A stretch of 64,000 nucleotides of DNA from positions 25,129 to 89,128 of the forward strand of contig JAJCZE010000016.1 in the NCBI GenBank assembly GCA_029262555.1, written 5' to 3'. Origin of the DNA: Candidatus Babelota bacterium (lineage in GTDB: Bacteria > Babelota > Babeliae > Babelales > Vermiphilaceae). Of the stretch, positions 8,403 to 17,339 are shown one piece after another; the first letter of the stretch is position 1; each line of letters opens with the position of its first letter. The notes beneath the pieces are model-generated. The model saw only the letters and a program-made list of their open reading frames with translations, did not search any database and was not told the origin of the DNA. The position numbers were made by a program, and so were the translations under genes.

Positions 8403-9770
8403 CTAACAAACAACTTCGTTTTTCTCGATTGCAGCATTGTATGTTTTTGCAATGTATAATGCCGCAAACAACCAAATTGTAATCAAGCCACCCGAAACCA
8501 TCGTGCTAATAGAAAGGAAATAAGCAACCCCTTCCAATGTGCCATACTGAGCTGACAATGATCCACGGAATGTATTAATAGCTGAGCCCCCACCTTTTGA
8601 AAGACGAGACCCAAACATTTCAATCCATGCTTGAGATTTATATTTCGTTTCTTTAGTTGTTGGAATATAAAGCTGTTTTAACGTTGGCTGGTTTAATGCA
8701 TAGTTAATCGCTTTAGCAAGTACCATAATCCAAAACGCAGCTGCAAGCCATGTTGGATTAAATTTAACCATCAACACTGCACCTGTTACCAAAAGAGGTA
8801 GCAAAACCAAAGAAGCTCTTATACCAAGCCTTCTTTGAATATTGTTAATACCAAGAAGTACACACATCATTGAAACAAAACCAGTAAGATACGCATACTC
8901 AGACATATACGATGAAAGAGACGCTTCATCGAGATACACTGAAGCCGCTGTAGACTTAAAGTGAAAATCAAGAATAGTAATAATTACTTCATAAATTGTA
9001 ACAATCAAAAAGATACCAAATAGGTACGGCTGAGTCAGTAAAAGCTTTAAGCCTTCTAAGAAGCCGGGCTCTTCTGAAGCCTCTTTCTTCTCTTCTTTTT
9101 CAGACTCGTAACCTGCAAACTGAGCCGCAGGAACAATACGAACCATCAACCAGAAAAGAACCGCCATTAAAAGCATCAAGCCACCACAAATAGCTACAAT
9201 CGGAGCACTTGTTGTAAGCCCAAGACGCCTTGCATTCAGGAAAAATGGACCAACCATGTTTCCAAGTTGACCAAATAGTGCGATGAATGGGAATCCACGA
9301 CGTGCAGAGTCTGGAAGCGTTGTATCTGTTGTAAATGCCCAGAAAAGAGCAACAATCAATGACCCAAAGCTTTCAACATAAATATACCAGAACCAACCAA
9401 GCATACGCGTTGGGCTCTTAACCGTATTTGCGAGTCCATACTCTGGATTCATTAAGAAAAATGCAAATGTGAGTGCAAGTGCTGCATAGATTGAAATCAG
9501 CACATAGAACACTTTATGACGAGGGAATGTATCAATTAACTTACTGTACATGATAACCAGAGGAAAAACGACAAACATAGAAAGGATTTTAGCAGTTGGC
9601 TGCCAGCTTTCTAATCCAACGATCGCATTGAAAATACCATCCTTCATAGGACGCAATGTCCAGTACGTTCCAATAATAAGACCAAAAATAGAAGCCAAGA
9701 AACCAAATTTCTTCAGCTCATCGGTGCTATCAAATTTACCCCAAAGAGCTGTAGCAATACGCTTAAACAT
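8403..9770 (-). CDS. ntt: ATP/ADP (nucleotide) translocase, NTT/Tlc family, copy 2
   Basis: About 455 aa and polytopic. FWAFTTDTTLPDSARRGFPFI aligns with the same signature region in copy 1. The proteins are collinear throughout (KILSMFV, YIPT.K..K.KS.AWI..FGS...K.GGS). I prefer the start at MFKRIAT (9770) over the upstream ATG at 9806. Confidence 0.88.
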   Translation of the reverse strand: MFKRIATALWGKFDSTDELKKFGFLASIFGLIIGTYWTLRPMKDGIFNAIVGLESWQPTAKILSMFVVFPLVIMYSKLIDTFPRHKVFYVLISIYAALALTFAFFLMNPEYGLANTVKSPTRMLGWFWYIYVESFGSLIVALFWAFTTDTTLPDSARRGFPFIALFGQLGNMVGPFFLNARRLGLTTSAPIVAICGGLMLLMAVLFWLMVRIVPAAQFAGYESEKEEKKEASEEPGFLEGLKLLLTQPYLFGIFLIVTIYEVIITILDFHFKSTAASVYLDEASLSSYMSEYAYLTGFVSMMCVLLGINNIQRRLGIRASLVLLPLLVTGAVLMVKFNPTWLAAAFWIMVLAKAINYALNQPTLKQLYIPTTKETKYKSQAWIEMFGSRLSKGGGSAINTFRGSLSAQYGTLEGVAYFLSISTMVSGGLITIWLFAALYIAKTYNAAIEKNEVVC

Positions 9771-10127
9771 GCAGGTATTTCCTTCCTGATAATAAAAAAA
9801 GAACAATAAGAAACTGTCTAACTTCCTTTATGTTAGCAGACAACTTAATAATTGTAAAAATAATCATTGTTGAAAATTCTCATTCGAAAAAAATCATAAT
9901 GCCTGGCAATATCACATATTTAGGCCTCTCCGCACAGCGTTACAATTTGAAACGATAAATCAGGCCTCATTTCGAGACTTCAAGCAGCCTCTCCTTATAA
10001 AAAGAACCCCCATTTCATTGACAAATCGCTCAATGCCGATACCCTGATAATGTGGATTATTCTCATACTATAGGGGGATAAGTCCCCACTCAAATTGCAA
10101 TAAGAAAAATTAAAAGGGAATAAAACG

Positions 10128-12575
10128 ATGTCAGAAATACTCAAAGATATCACAATCACTGAATCGGTCGACGTAGAGCGCACAACGCTCCCTCTTTTAC
10201 CACTGAAAAATGTCGTTATTCTTCCAAAAAGCATTGTACCTATTATCGTTGGGCGATCGCTCTCTATTAAAGCGGTTGAATATGCTTTAAAAAAAGATCA
10301 CACCATTTTCATCACCTCTCAAAAAGACCAAGAGGTTGAATCTCCCGGCCAGGACGATCTTTTCGAGTATGGAACTCGAGCAACTATCTTAAAAGTAAGT
10401 CATATGCCTAATGGGGCGCTTAAAATCTTGGCTGAGGGTATCTGCCGATCGAAAATTGATGACTTTTCAGAGGCCGACGGATTTATCTCTGTTTCATATA
10501 CCGATTTACCGACTAGCAGCTTAGATAAAGAAGTAGAGATTCAAGCTATTTGGAGACAGCTAGAAGAGCTGTATCTTACCTATTCTCAACTGAACGACAA
10601 AGCTCCTGCAGATTTGGTTGAATCCGTAAAAACTCCAATCGATATTGACTATATTGCTGATACTATCGCCGTGCACATTACAAATTTAACGCTCCTTGAT
10701 CGCCAAAAACTTCTAGAAATTGCTGATCTTTCTGAGCGAATGATCGCATTGTGCCGAATGCTGCAAAAAGAAATTGAAATTTTGCAAACTGAACAGCGTA
10801 TTCGAGGCCGCATTCAAACACAGGTTGAAAAAAGCCAGCGTGAATACTATCTGACTGAGCAAATGAAAGCGATCAACAAAGAGCTTGGCCGAGAAGATCA
10901 AGCTGCTGAGATTGATCAAATGCGCTCAAAAACTAAAAAACTAAAGCTTCCTAAAGATGCGCAGGAAAAAGTGGAAAAAGAGCTCAAAAGACTTGAGCAA
11001 ATGCCTTCACTTTCTTCTGAAGCGGTAGTGAGTCGGAATTACGTGGATTGGATCACCTCTCTTCCATGGAGTGACGTAACAAAAGATACCATTAGCCTTA
11101 CGCAAGCAGAGCGTCTTTTAGATAAAAATCATTTTGGTTTGCAAAAAGCTAAAGAACGCATTGTAGAATTTTTGGCTGCTAAAAAGTTTTCTAAAAAATT
11201 AGATCGTTCTCCAATCTTATGCCTTGTAGGACCTCCGGGCGTTGGTAAAACATCACTTGCACACTCCATTGCTCAAAGCGTTGGGCGCGAGTTTGTGCGT
11301 ATTTCTTTGGGCGGCGTACGAGATGAAGCTGAAATTCGTGGACATCGTCGTACTTATATTGGTGCCCTTCCGGGAAAAATTATTCAGGCTATGAAGAAAG
11401 CTGGTGTTACTAACCCTGTAATCTTGCTTGATGAAATTGATAAAATGTCTCAAGATCTGCACGGTGATCCATCATCTGCATTGCTTGAAGTACTCGATCC
11501 AGAGCAAAACAAATCATTTGTAGATCACTTTCTTGATACAGAATATGATCTTTCAAAGGTAATGTTTATTGCTACTGCAAACGTTATGGAAAACATTCCA
11601 TACCCACTCTATGATCGCCTTGAAATAATTACACTCTCTGGGTATACCGATGAAGAAAAACGTGAAATTGCAAAACAGTTTTTACTTCCAAAAAATCTGA
11701 ATGAACTGGAATTAACAAAGCGTCAGTTCCAACTTCCAGATACTCTTATTGATATGCTTATTTCTGAATACACAAAAGAATCAGGAGTGCGCCAACTTGA
11801 GCGACTCGTTACCAAGCTCATGCGTAAAGCTATTCAAAAATTCTTAAAAGAAAAAGATACTAAGCAAATCAAGGTCACTCCTGATAGTATGAAAGAATGG
11901 CTCGGAAACATCGCATTCAAAAAAACAAGTCTTAGTCAAAACTCTGATCGCATTGGGCTTACAACTGGCCTTGCATGGACTGAAGTTGGTGGGGATGTTC
12001 TTGAAATCGAAACAACCGTACTTTCTGGAAAAGGAAGCGTTACACTTACCGGGCAACTGGGCGATGTAATGCAAGAATCTGCGCAAGCAGGAATGAGCTA
12101 TATTCGATCTCGAGCGCAAAAGCTTGGCCTTAAGAGCTCGTTTCATAATACCAAAGATATCCATATCCACATTCCAGAAGGGGCTACCCCAAAAGATGGT
12201 CCATCTGCTGGTATCACTATTGTTACCGCACTTGTTTCCGCACTTACTGGAATGCAAACAAAGTCACAGCTCGCTATGACTGGTGAAGTAACACTTCAAG
12301 GACGTGTGCTTGCAATTGGTGGATTAAAAGAAAAACTTCTTGCGGCAAAACAACACAATATGACTACCGTACTTATTCCTGAAGAAAACAAAGAAGATCT
12401 ACAGGAAATCAAACAAGAAGTAAATCTAGATGGAATGGAAGTTGTGACAGTAAACAATATGGATCAAGTGCTTGAACAAGCGTTTACTACTCCTCCATTC
12501 AAGAAAAAAGCAACTCGTAAAGCAAAACCTGCGGCCAAAAAGCCCGTAAAAAAGAAAATAACTCGTAAAAAATAG
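10128..12575 (+). CDS. lon: ATP-dependent Lon protease (LonA)
   Basis: N-terminal LON substrate-binding domain. AAA+ motifs GPPGVGKTSLA and LLDEIDK. Protease domain with catalytic Ser (PKDGPSAGIT) and Lys (GGLKEKLLAA). The C-terminal tail is Lys-rich (KKKATRKAKPAAKKPVKKKITRKK). Confidence 0.95.
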   Translation: MSEILKDITITESVDVERTTLPLLPLKNVVILPKSIVPIIVGRSLSIKAVEYALKKDHTIFITSQKDQEVESPGQDDLFEYGTRATILKVSHMPNGALKILAEGICRSKIDDFSEADGFISVSYTDLPTSSLDKEVEIQAIWRQLEELYLTYSQLNDKAPADLVESVKTPIDIDYIADTIAVHITNLTLLDRQKLLEIADLSERMIALCRMLQKEIEILQTEQRIRGRIQTQVEKSQREYYLTEQMKAINKELGREDQAAEIDQMRSKTKKLKLPKDAQEKVEKELKRLEQMPSLSSEAVVSRNYVDWITSLPWSDVTKDTISLTQAERLLDKNHFGLQKAKERIVEFLAAKKFSKKLDRSPILCLVGPPGVGKTSLAHSIAQSVGREFVRISLGGVRDEAEIRGHRRTYIGALPGKIIQAMKKAGVTNPVILLDEIDKMSQDLHGDPSSALLEVLDPEQNKSFVDHFLDTEYDLSKVMFIATANVMENIPYPLYDRLEIITLSGYTDEEKREIAKQFLLPKNLNELELTKRQFQLPDTLIDMLISEYTKESGVRQLERLVTKLMRKAIQKFLKEKDTKQIKVTPDSMKEWLGNIAFKKTSLSQNSDRIGLTTGLAWTEVGGDVLEIETTVLSGKGSVTLTGQLGDVMQESAQAGMSYIRSRAQKLGLKSSFHNTKDIHIHIPEGATPKDGPSAGITIVTALVSALTGMQTKSQLAMTGEVTLQGRVLAIGGLKEKLLAAKQHNMTTVLIPEENKEDLQEIKQEVNLDGMEVVTVNNMDQVLEQAFTTPPFKKKATRKAKPAAKKPVKKKITRKK

Positions 12576-12600
12576 TAGTTATTCAGAACTATTGCAGATA

Positions 12601-12642
12601 ATACCGCCCTCTTTGTACTATAGAGGGCGGTATTATTATTTT
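12601..12642 (+). terminator. Rho-independent terminator after lon
   Basis: 12-bp perfect stem ATACCGCCCTCT / AGAGGGCGGTAT with a 9-nt loop, followed by TATTATTTT. Confidence 0.75.
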
Positions 12643-12656
12643 ATAAAGGAGTTTCT

Positions 12657-12827
12657 ATGAAATACGGACTATTCGCACTTCTTACCCTGGGCTTATTGCC
12701 AAGCTGCTCACACAATTCTCAGCCCGAAAGCACTCAATCAACCAAGAATATGGCTCGCGAGCAAGCCCAAGAGCAACAAGAAGAAATGGAAATGGATGAT
12801 ATGAGCATGAGTGAAGAGCAAATATAA
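12657..12827 (+). CDS. Small acidic putative lipoprotein (56 aa, below the ORF-track cutoff)
   Basis: AAGGAG RBS about 5 nt upstream of the ATG. The product is MKYGLFALLTLGLLPSCSHNSQ..., a signal peptide with a lipobox-like LPSC, followed by a Glu/Met-rich tail. Hairpin terminators flank the ORF on both sides. Confidence 0.6.
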   Translation: MKYGLFALLTLGLLPSCSHNSQPESTQSTKNMAREQAQEQQEEMEMDDMSMSEEQI

Positions 12828-12844
12828 AATATATTTCAATGTGA

Positions 12845-12881
12845 CAAAAAAGGGGTGCTCGCACAAAGCCCCCTTTTTTTT
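12845..12881 (+). terminator. Possible intrinsic (bidirectional-looking) terminator
   Basis: AAAAAAGGGG...(small internal TGC/GCA hairpin)...CCCCC followed by T8. Confidence 0.5.
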
Positions 12882-12982
12882 GGCAAAAAGGCCTGAATAA
12901 GCTCCCGACACAGTAAACCCTTCCAATCTCACCCCCTAAAATATTACTATATGTATATAAAATTATAGTTTAGGGGAACACT

Positions 12983-15091
12983 ATGTTTACTCGTATCATT
13001 TTTCGTAGATTATCGCGCAACATATCCTTTATGTTAATTGGATCGCTCGTATTAAGCACGGTTGGAGCTACATATCCGCAAGATCGTCTAAAAAAAGCAT
13101 TTGGATCAGCTAAAGGGGCTGTTTTTGGTGGGGCTTCAAAACTTGCCTCTACTGCAACCAACCGTATTAAAGGCGGTCTTTCTTCTGCGTTTAATAATGT
13201 AAAACAAATGGATCGTACTGTTGTGATTGATCGATTACAAAAACAAGTCGAAAGCCTTGGGCAAAAGATTGGGTATATGGGCAATTGTATGGCAAAGGGA
13301 ACATGCAGCCAGGCTGAGCGAACCGCTTTTATCGCTACATCTGTAACGGTACTCGCGCTTACTGTTGCAGTAGTAGGAGGAACGCTTTCCGTCGCGGCAA
13401 CGTCAAAAGAGGTTGAATCCGTTACAAGAGTAACTTCGCAAGAGGTACAAGGATGGGGCCCGCAACAAGTATTTCAACGTCTTGCAAACACAACCAATAA
13501 TTTCAAACGCTCTCTTTCTGAACTTAAACAAGGAATGCTCAAAAAAGAGCTTACGCGTGGCCAAAAGAAATTTTTATATGGAGCCGCAATCAGTATTGCA
13601 GCACTCGTAACGATTGCAGTTGGAGCTGTAGTGGCATCATATCTGTATGCGGAAAAAAAAGAATCTGAACAAGAAAAAAAAGACCCTCTCGGTGAGATTC
13701 AAAAATCCGAAGGAGCATTTGGTCAATTTTTCGATCGCATTGTTCGTGTAAAAAAAGAAGGATCAAATTTCTTGCAACAAGCAACACGAGAATTAAACGA
13801 AAAGCTCGAAGAAGCAAACCGTCTTGCAAGGCACGGCTTACAAGCTCAAGCCGACGTTGTCATGAAGCAAGCTAAAACTCAGGCGCAACTCATTGCGTCG
13901 CGCATTAAACAGGGAGGGCCTATACTCATAAAACAAGCTCTTTCGTCTATTTTTGGAATCAGTTATGAGGCACTCGCTTCAGCGCGACAGACATTTGATC
14001 AATCATTGGGTCAAATGACTCCTAAACTTGATAAAATGTGGAAAATCTCAACATGGAACGATATTCAGCGCATACAAACAAAATGGGAAACAATACAAAA
14101 CATGGGATATGCACTATGGGAAAATCTTTCCGGATTTTTATCGCAAATAACTTCTCGATCATGGAATAATATACCGAACTCTCTCTCTCTAGCCGAGGAT
14201 AGAAGAAAGGGAAATCAACGAAAATACAAACCAGAAGACGCAAAAGCATTTAAAGAGAAATATCCACTTGCTTATAAATATGATGCTCTCTTTCCGATAT
14301 ATCAAGATCTTCTTGCGCTTATTGGTAGAACCGATATTCCCGCAGTAGGTGCTGCACTACAAGGCGTACTTGACTCTCTTGGTACAACCTTACAATCTCT
14401 GGCACGTATGCATACTGATGCTGGTGTATGGGGAAAAATTCTCGTCACACAACAAATGATCAATCCATTGAATGCAATCGGTGACCACCTCGAACGCGCC
14501 GCCCTTTATCTGAAACAATTTACAGATGAAAATCCACTTGCCCAACTAGCACAACAACTGCCCGAAGGCCTTGATCGAGAAGCTCTCAAAAAATGGGTAA
14601 CGAGTGTAATTGAGCAACCTATTCCAGTATCGCAAGTAAGAACAATAACCCAGGCACTACTCCCTAAAATACAACAAACCCGTATCGCACTCTTTGAATC
14701 GAAAGACAAGGCGCAAGCGCTTTCAGACACTTTCAGTCAGCACAGCTCACACTTACTTGCTCTTATTGAACAATCAATACTTACACAGTTAAATCGAAAT
14801 CCGGTTGAAAATTATCTCAATGTTGCAAAGCGCGCAGTATTAAAAGAAGCAAAAATCAGCAAAGAGCTCCTTAATGATCTACTTTTTTATATTGCTGCTG
14901 TCGTCAATAATATTGAGAAGCTCATTTCTGCTGGTATCGCAACAATAGAAAACGTCAATGATGCACTTGGAAAAGAGTTTCTTACTGCATCTCATTTAGA
15001 AAAGCTAAAAGCAGCCGCAGCAGAGTTTGATGGCATCAGAAAAAGTCTTATCGAGTTACGGCAAGCTGCAAAAGAAAGCCTTCCACAATAG
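12983..15091 (+). CDS. Hypothetical membrane-associated, helix-rich protein (702 aa), paralogue of the next gene
   Basis: Long ORF with an N-terminal hydrophobic segment and two further predicted TM helices (FIATSVTVLALTVAVVGGTLSVAAT; LYGAAISIAALVTIAVGAVVASYLY). The rest is helix-rich. The C-terminal half aligns with the 15184 protein. Confidence 0.7.
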   Translation: MFTRIIFRRLSRNISFMLIGSLVLSTVGATYPQDRLKKAFGSAKGAVFGGASKLASTATNRIKGGLSSAFNNVKQMDRTVVIDRLQKQVESLGQKIGYMGNCMAKGTCSQAERTAFIATSVTVLALTVAVVGGTLSVAATSKEVESVTRVTSQEVQGWGPQQVFQRLANTTNNFKRSLSELKQGMLKKELTRGQKKFLYGAAISIAALVTIAVGAVVASYLYAEKKESEQEKKDPLGEIQKSEGAFGQFFDRIVRVKKEGSNFLQQATRELNEKLEEANRLARHGLQAQADVVMKQAKTQAQLIASRIKQGGPILIKQALSSIFGISYEALASARQTFDQSLGQMTPKLDKMWKISTWNDIQRIQTKWETIQNMGYALWENLSGFLSQITSRSWNNIPNSLSLAEDRRKGNQRKYKPEDAKAFKEKYPLAYKYDALFPIYQDLLALIGRTDIPAVGAALQGVLDSLGTTLQSLARMHTDAGVWGKILVTQQMINPLNAIGDHLERAALYLKQFTDENPLAQLAQQLPEGLDREALKKWVTSVIEQPIPVSQVRTITQALLPKIQQTRIALFESKDKAQALSDTFSQHSSHLLALIEQSILTQLNRNPVENYLNVAKRAVLKEAKISKELLNDLLFYIAAVVNNIEKLISAGIATIENVNDALGKEFLTASHLEKLKAAAAEFDGIRKSLIELRQAAKESLPQ

Positions 15092-15102
15092 ACGAATATA
15101 AT

Positions 15103-15127
15103 AGGCCCTTGATTATACCAAGGGCCT
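15103..15127 (+). terminator. Possible intrinsic terminator
   Basis: 9-bp stem AGGCCCTTG / CAAGGGCCT with a 7-nt loop, followed by AATTCTT (weak U-tract). Confidence 0.45.
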
Positions 15128-15183
15128 AATTCTTGCGTTCATTCTGAAAAACAATTTAGCGTAAGGCAAAAAAAGGATGAACC

Positions 15184-16671
15184 ATGAAAAAACTCTTTTT
15201 AGCCGCACTATTCCTTTCGTCATCACTTTACGCTCACGATCTTCCTGATCGATTTTTGGGCCAATCAGCAACTGCAATCTGGAACACAATTCACGGAAAT
15301 ATTACCAGTTTTTTTGAACCGGAAGGGGAGGCTCATTCGCCCGCACCTCCCGAAACAATTGAACCATTGAGTGATCCATCACCATTTCAAGTGCTCTTTC
15401 GCCAAACTATCACCTTTACTAACAATGCATCCAATGCGCTCACAAATTTAGCTGCCCACGTGCTTGATGAAGCCAAAGAAAAACTCTACACCGTAGATCA
15501 AGCTGCCGATTATTTTATTCAAAAAATAGAAAATTCCGGATCGACGTTCATGAAAGTAATGCTACAAGAAACACTCGATTTTGATTTAGATCTTCTGATG
15601 CCATCATTTTCAAAAATAAAGCGCCACATACGCCACCTGAGACAAACAGTTCCACGCATGGAGCATGCAGCAGTAGTTGAACAAGTAAATCAACTCATTT
15701 CATACCTCGAGGACATACAAAAAACAGCCGTAACTTTACAAAAAGCAGGCATTGCTACCGTAAGTGCGAAATTAGCGTCCCACGCAATAACCTCAAAAGA
15801 GCACCCTCTCGTTACAGACTTTAATACGCTCTACAACGCATACCCTACAATAATTACCAAATTAAATGAGTTACACATTCCTGCGGCCGGCCATATCGCA
15901 CACCAAGCGTTCAACAGCACTTCCGAGCTCGTTGAGCAAATTGTACTTATGCATGATTCGGCAGGGAAAATTGGATCGGTATTAATTGATGATGCACTCG
16001 TGCATCCACTTGATAGCTTAAAAAACCAAGTGCGTAAATTGGGCAATGCAGCAGAATTTGTAACATCAACGCACCCTCTGATTGTAGTAGCACCCCCAAC
16101 CACCACAGATGCATTACTAGAAATACTCAAAACCTTTATCTGGCGCGATGGCTTTACGCTTAAAGAAACTGCTCAAGAAAAAATTGCTGAGCTCAATTCA
16201 CTCATCCCACCCATTAAAGCGCAAGTAAAACTGCTTAAAAAGCGCCTTCATAACTTTAAATTGGTTATGACAGAATTCCAACCACGATTACACGCTCAAT
16301 TCGTTGCACGATTAAAAGAATCACCGTTAGTCACTATTCCTATCGCACCAAAAATATTATTTGACCTACTAGAACAAGAAATTGAAATAGTAAAAAGTAA
16401 GCTGATAGTAATGATGCGTGCATCTCTTGCGCTTACGTATCGCGTCTCTCGAGTAATTGGTATCGGATCATCACTCCTTGAGTGTATGAATCATTGCATG
16501 GGTGCAACCGATGATCAACCATTTATTCACCATGATATTATTCGCGGAGTCGGCTTTATATCACAAGACACAGTAGGATTTAGCAACATTATCATTAATG
16601 TTACTGAAGCGCTAAAAGAATATAATCCGCTCCCATTTCGCAATGAATTAGAGGAAATAGAGCGTATTTAA
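15184..16671 (+). CDS. Hypothetical secreted protein (495 aa), paralogue of the previous gene
   Basis: AAGGA RBS and a signal-like N-terminus (MKKLFLAALFLSSSLYA). IPAAGHIAHQAFNSTSELVEQIVLMHDSAGKIGSVLIDDALVHPLDSL aligns with IPAVGAALQGVLDSLGTTLQSLARMHTDAGVWGKILVTQQMINPLNAI in the upstream protein. Confidence 0.7.
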   Translation: MKKLFLAALFLSSSLYAHDLPDRFLGQSATAIWNTIHGNITSFFEPEGEAHSPAPPETIEPLSDPSPFQVLFRQTITFTNNASNALTNLAAHVLDEAKEKLYTVDQAADYFIQKIENSGSTFMKVMLQETLDFDLDLLMPSFSKIKRHIRHLRQTVPRMEHAAVVEQVNQLISYLEDIQKTAVTLQKAGIATVSAKLASHAITSKEHPLVTDFNTLYNAYPTIITKLNELHIPAAGHIAHQAFNSTSELVEQIVLMHDSAGKIGSVLIDDALVHPLDSLKNQVRKLGNAAEFVTSTHPLIVVAPPTTTDALLEILKTFIWRDGFTLKETAQEKIAELNSLIPPIKAQVKLLKKRLHNFKLVMTEFQPRLHAQFVARLKESPLVTIPIAPKILFDLLEQEIEIVKSKLIVMMRASLALTYRVSRVIGIGSSLLECMNHCMGATDDQPFIHHDIIRGVGFISQDTVGFSNIIINVTEALKEYNPLPFRNELEEIERI

Positions 16672-17339
16672 AAAAGAGATTTTTTAAGGTGTTCAAGAAC
16701 CTGCACAACGTTCAAATGCGTAGCATCAATCGTTTGCGCCCCGATCGGAATCGTAAGGGGCGCAATTTCTCGAGAAGAATCTCGCGTATCTCTGCTATGA
16801 ATAAATTCTCGCGCATCTGAGATAGTCGTTTGTACGCCTCGATCAAGTTGCTGTTTGTACCAACGATATGCACGCTCATCTTCCGACGCAGTTAAAAAAA
16901 ATTTATGCTCAGCATGGGGAAACACTACTGACCCTGCATCACGCCCATCAATGACTACATCATGATCATTTGCAATTGCACGCTGGAGCTTATCAAGGCG
17001 ATTTCTTACCTGTTGATTAGTGCTCACCAAAGAAGCCCCGTGGCCAATCGTATCACCCTTCAACTGATCCGTGATATCAACACCATCATACGCAATGCGT
17101 TCACGATCACTCGGATCATAAAAATATACAAACTTTTTCGTATCAAGAATCTGATCTACCAACTGCATTTCTGGATCCGCTATGGTTGCAAGCGTGTAGC
17201 CATGATCTTTCATAAGCACATGCGCAAGCGCACGATATAAAAGACCTGTATAGAGATAATAATATTTCAATTCTTTTGCTAAAAGTCGTCCAACTGTGGA
17301 TTTTCCACTTGCTGTTGGGCCATCGATGGTGATAATCAT
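16668..17339 (-). CDS. cmk: Cytidylate kinase
   Basis: P-loop IDGPTASGKST, GRDAGSVVFP and the overall Cmk layout. The start overlaps the recJ stop by 4 nt. Confidence 0.92.
   Translation of the reverse strand: MIITIDGPTASGKSTVGRLLAKELKYYYLYTGLLYRALAHVLMKDHGYTLATIADPEMQLVDQILDTKKFVYFYDPSDRERIAYDGVDITDQLKGDTIGHGASLVSTNQQVRNRLDKLQRAIANDHDVVIDGRDAGSVVFPHAEHKFFLTASEDERAYRWYKQQLDRGVQTTISDAREFIHSRDTRDSSREIAPLTIPIGAQTIDATHLNVVQVLEHLKKSLF

Noticed and set aside
9960-10127. Heat-shock (sigma32) or sigma70 promoter upstream of lon. A TTGACA at 10028 and a CCCCAT-like box are present.
   Set aside because: Spacing from TTGACA to the nearest TATAAT-like hexamer is about 22 nt. No CTTGAA box lies at the right distance from CCCCATTT. 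This does not meet a reasonable standard.
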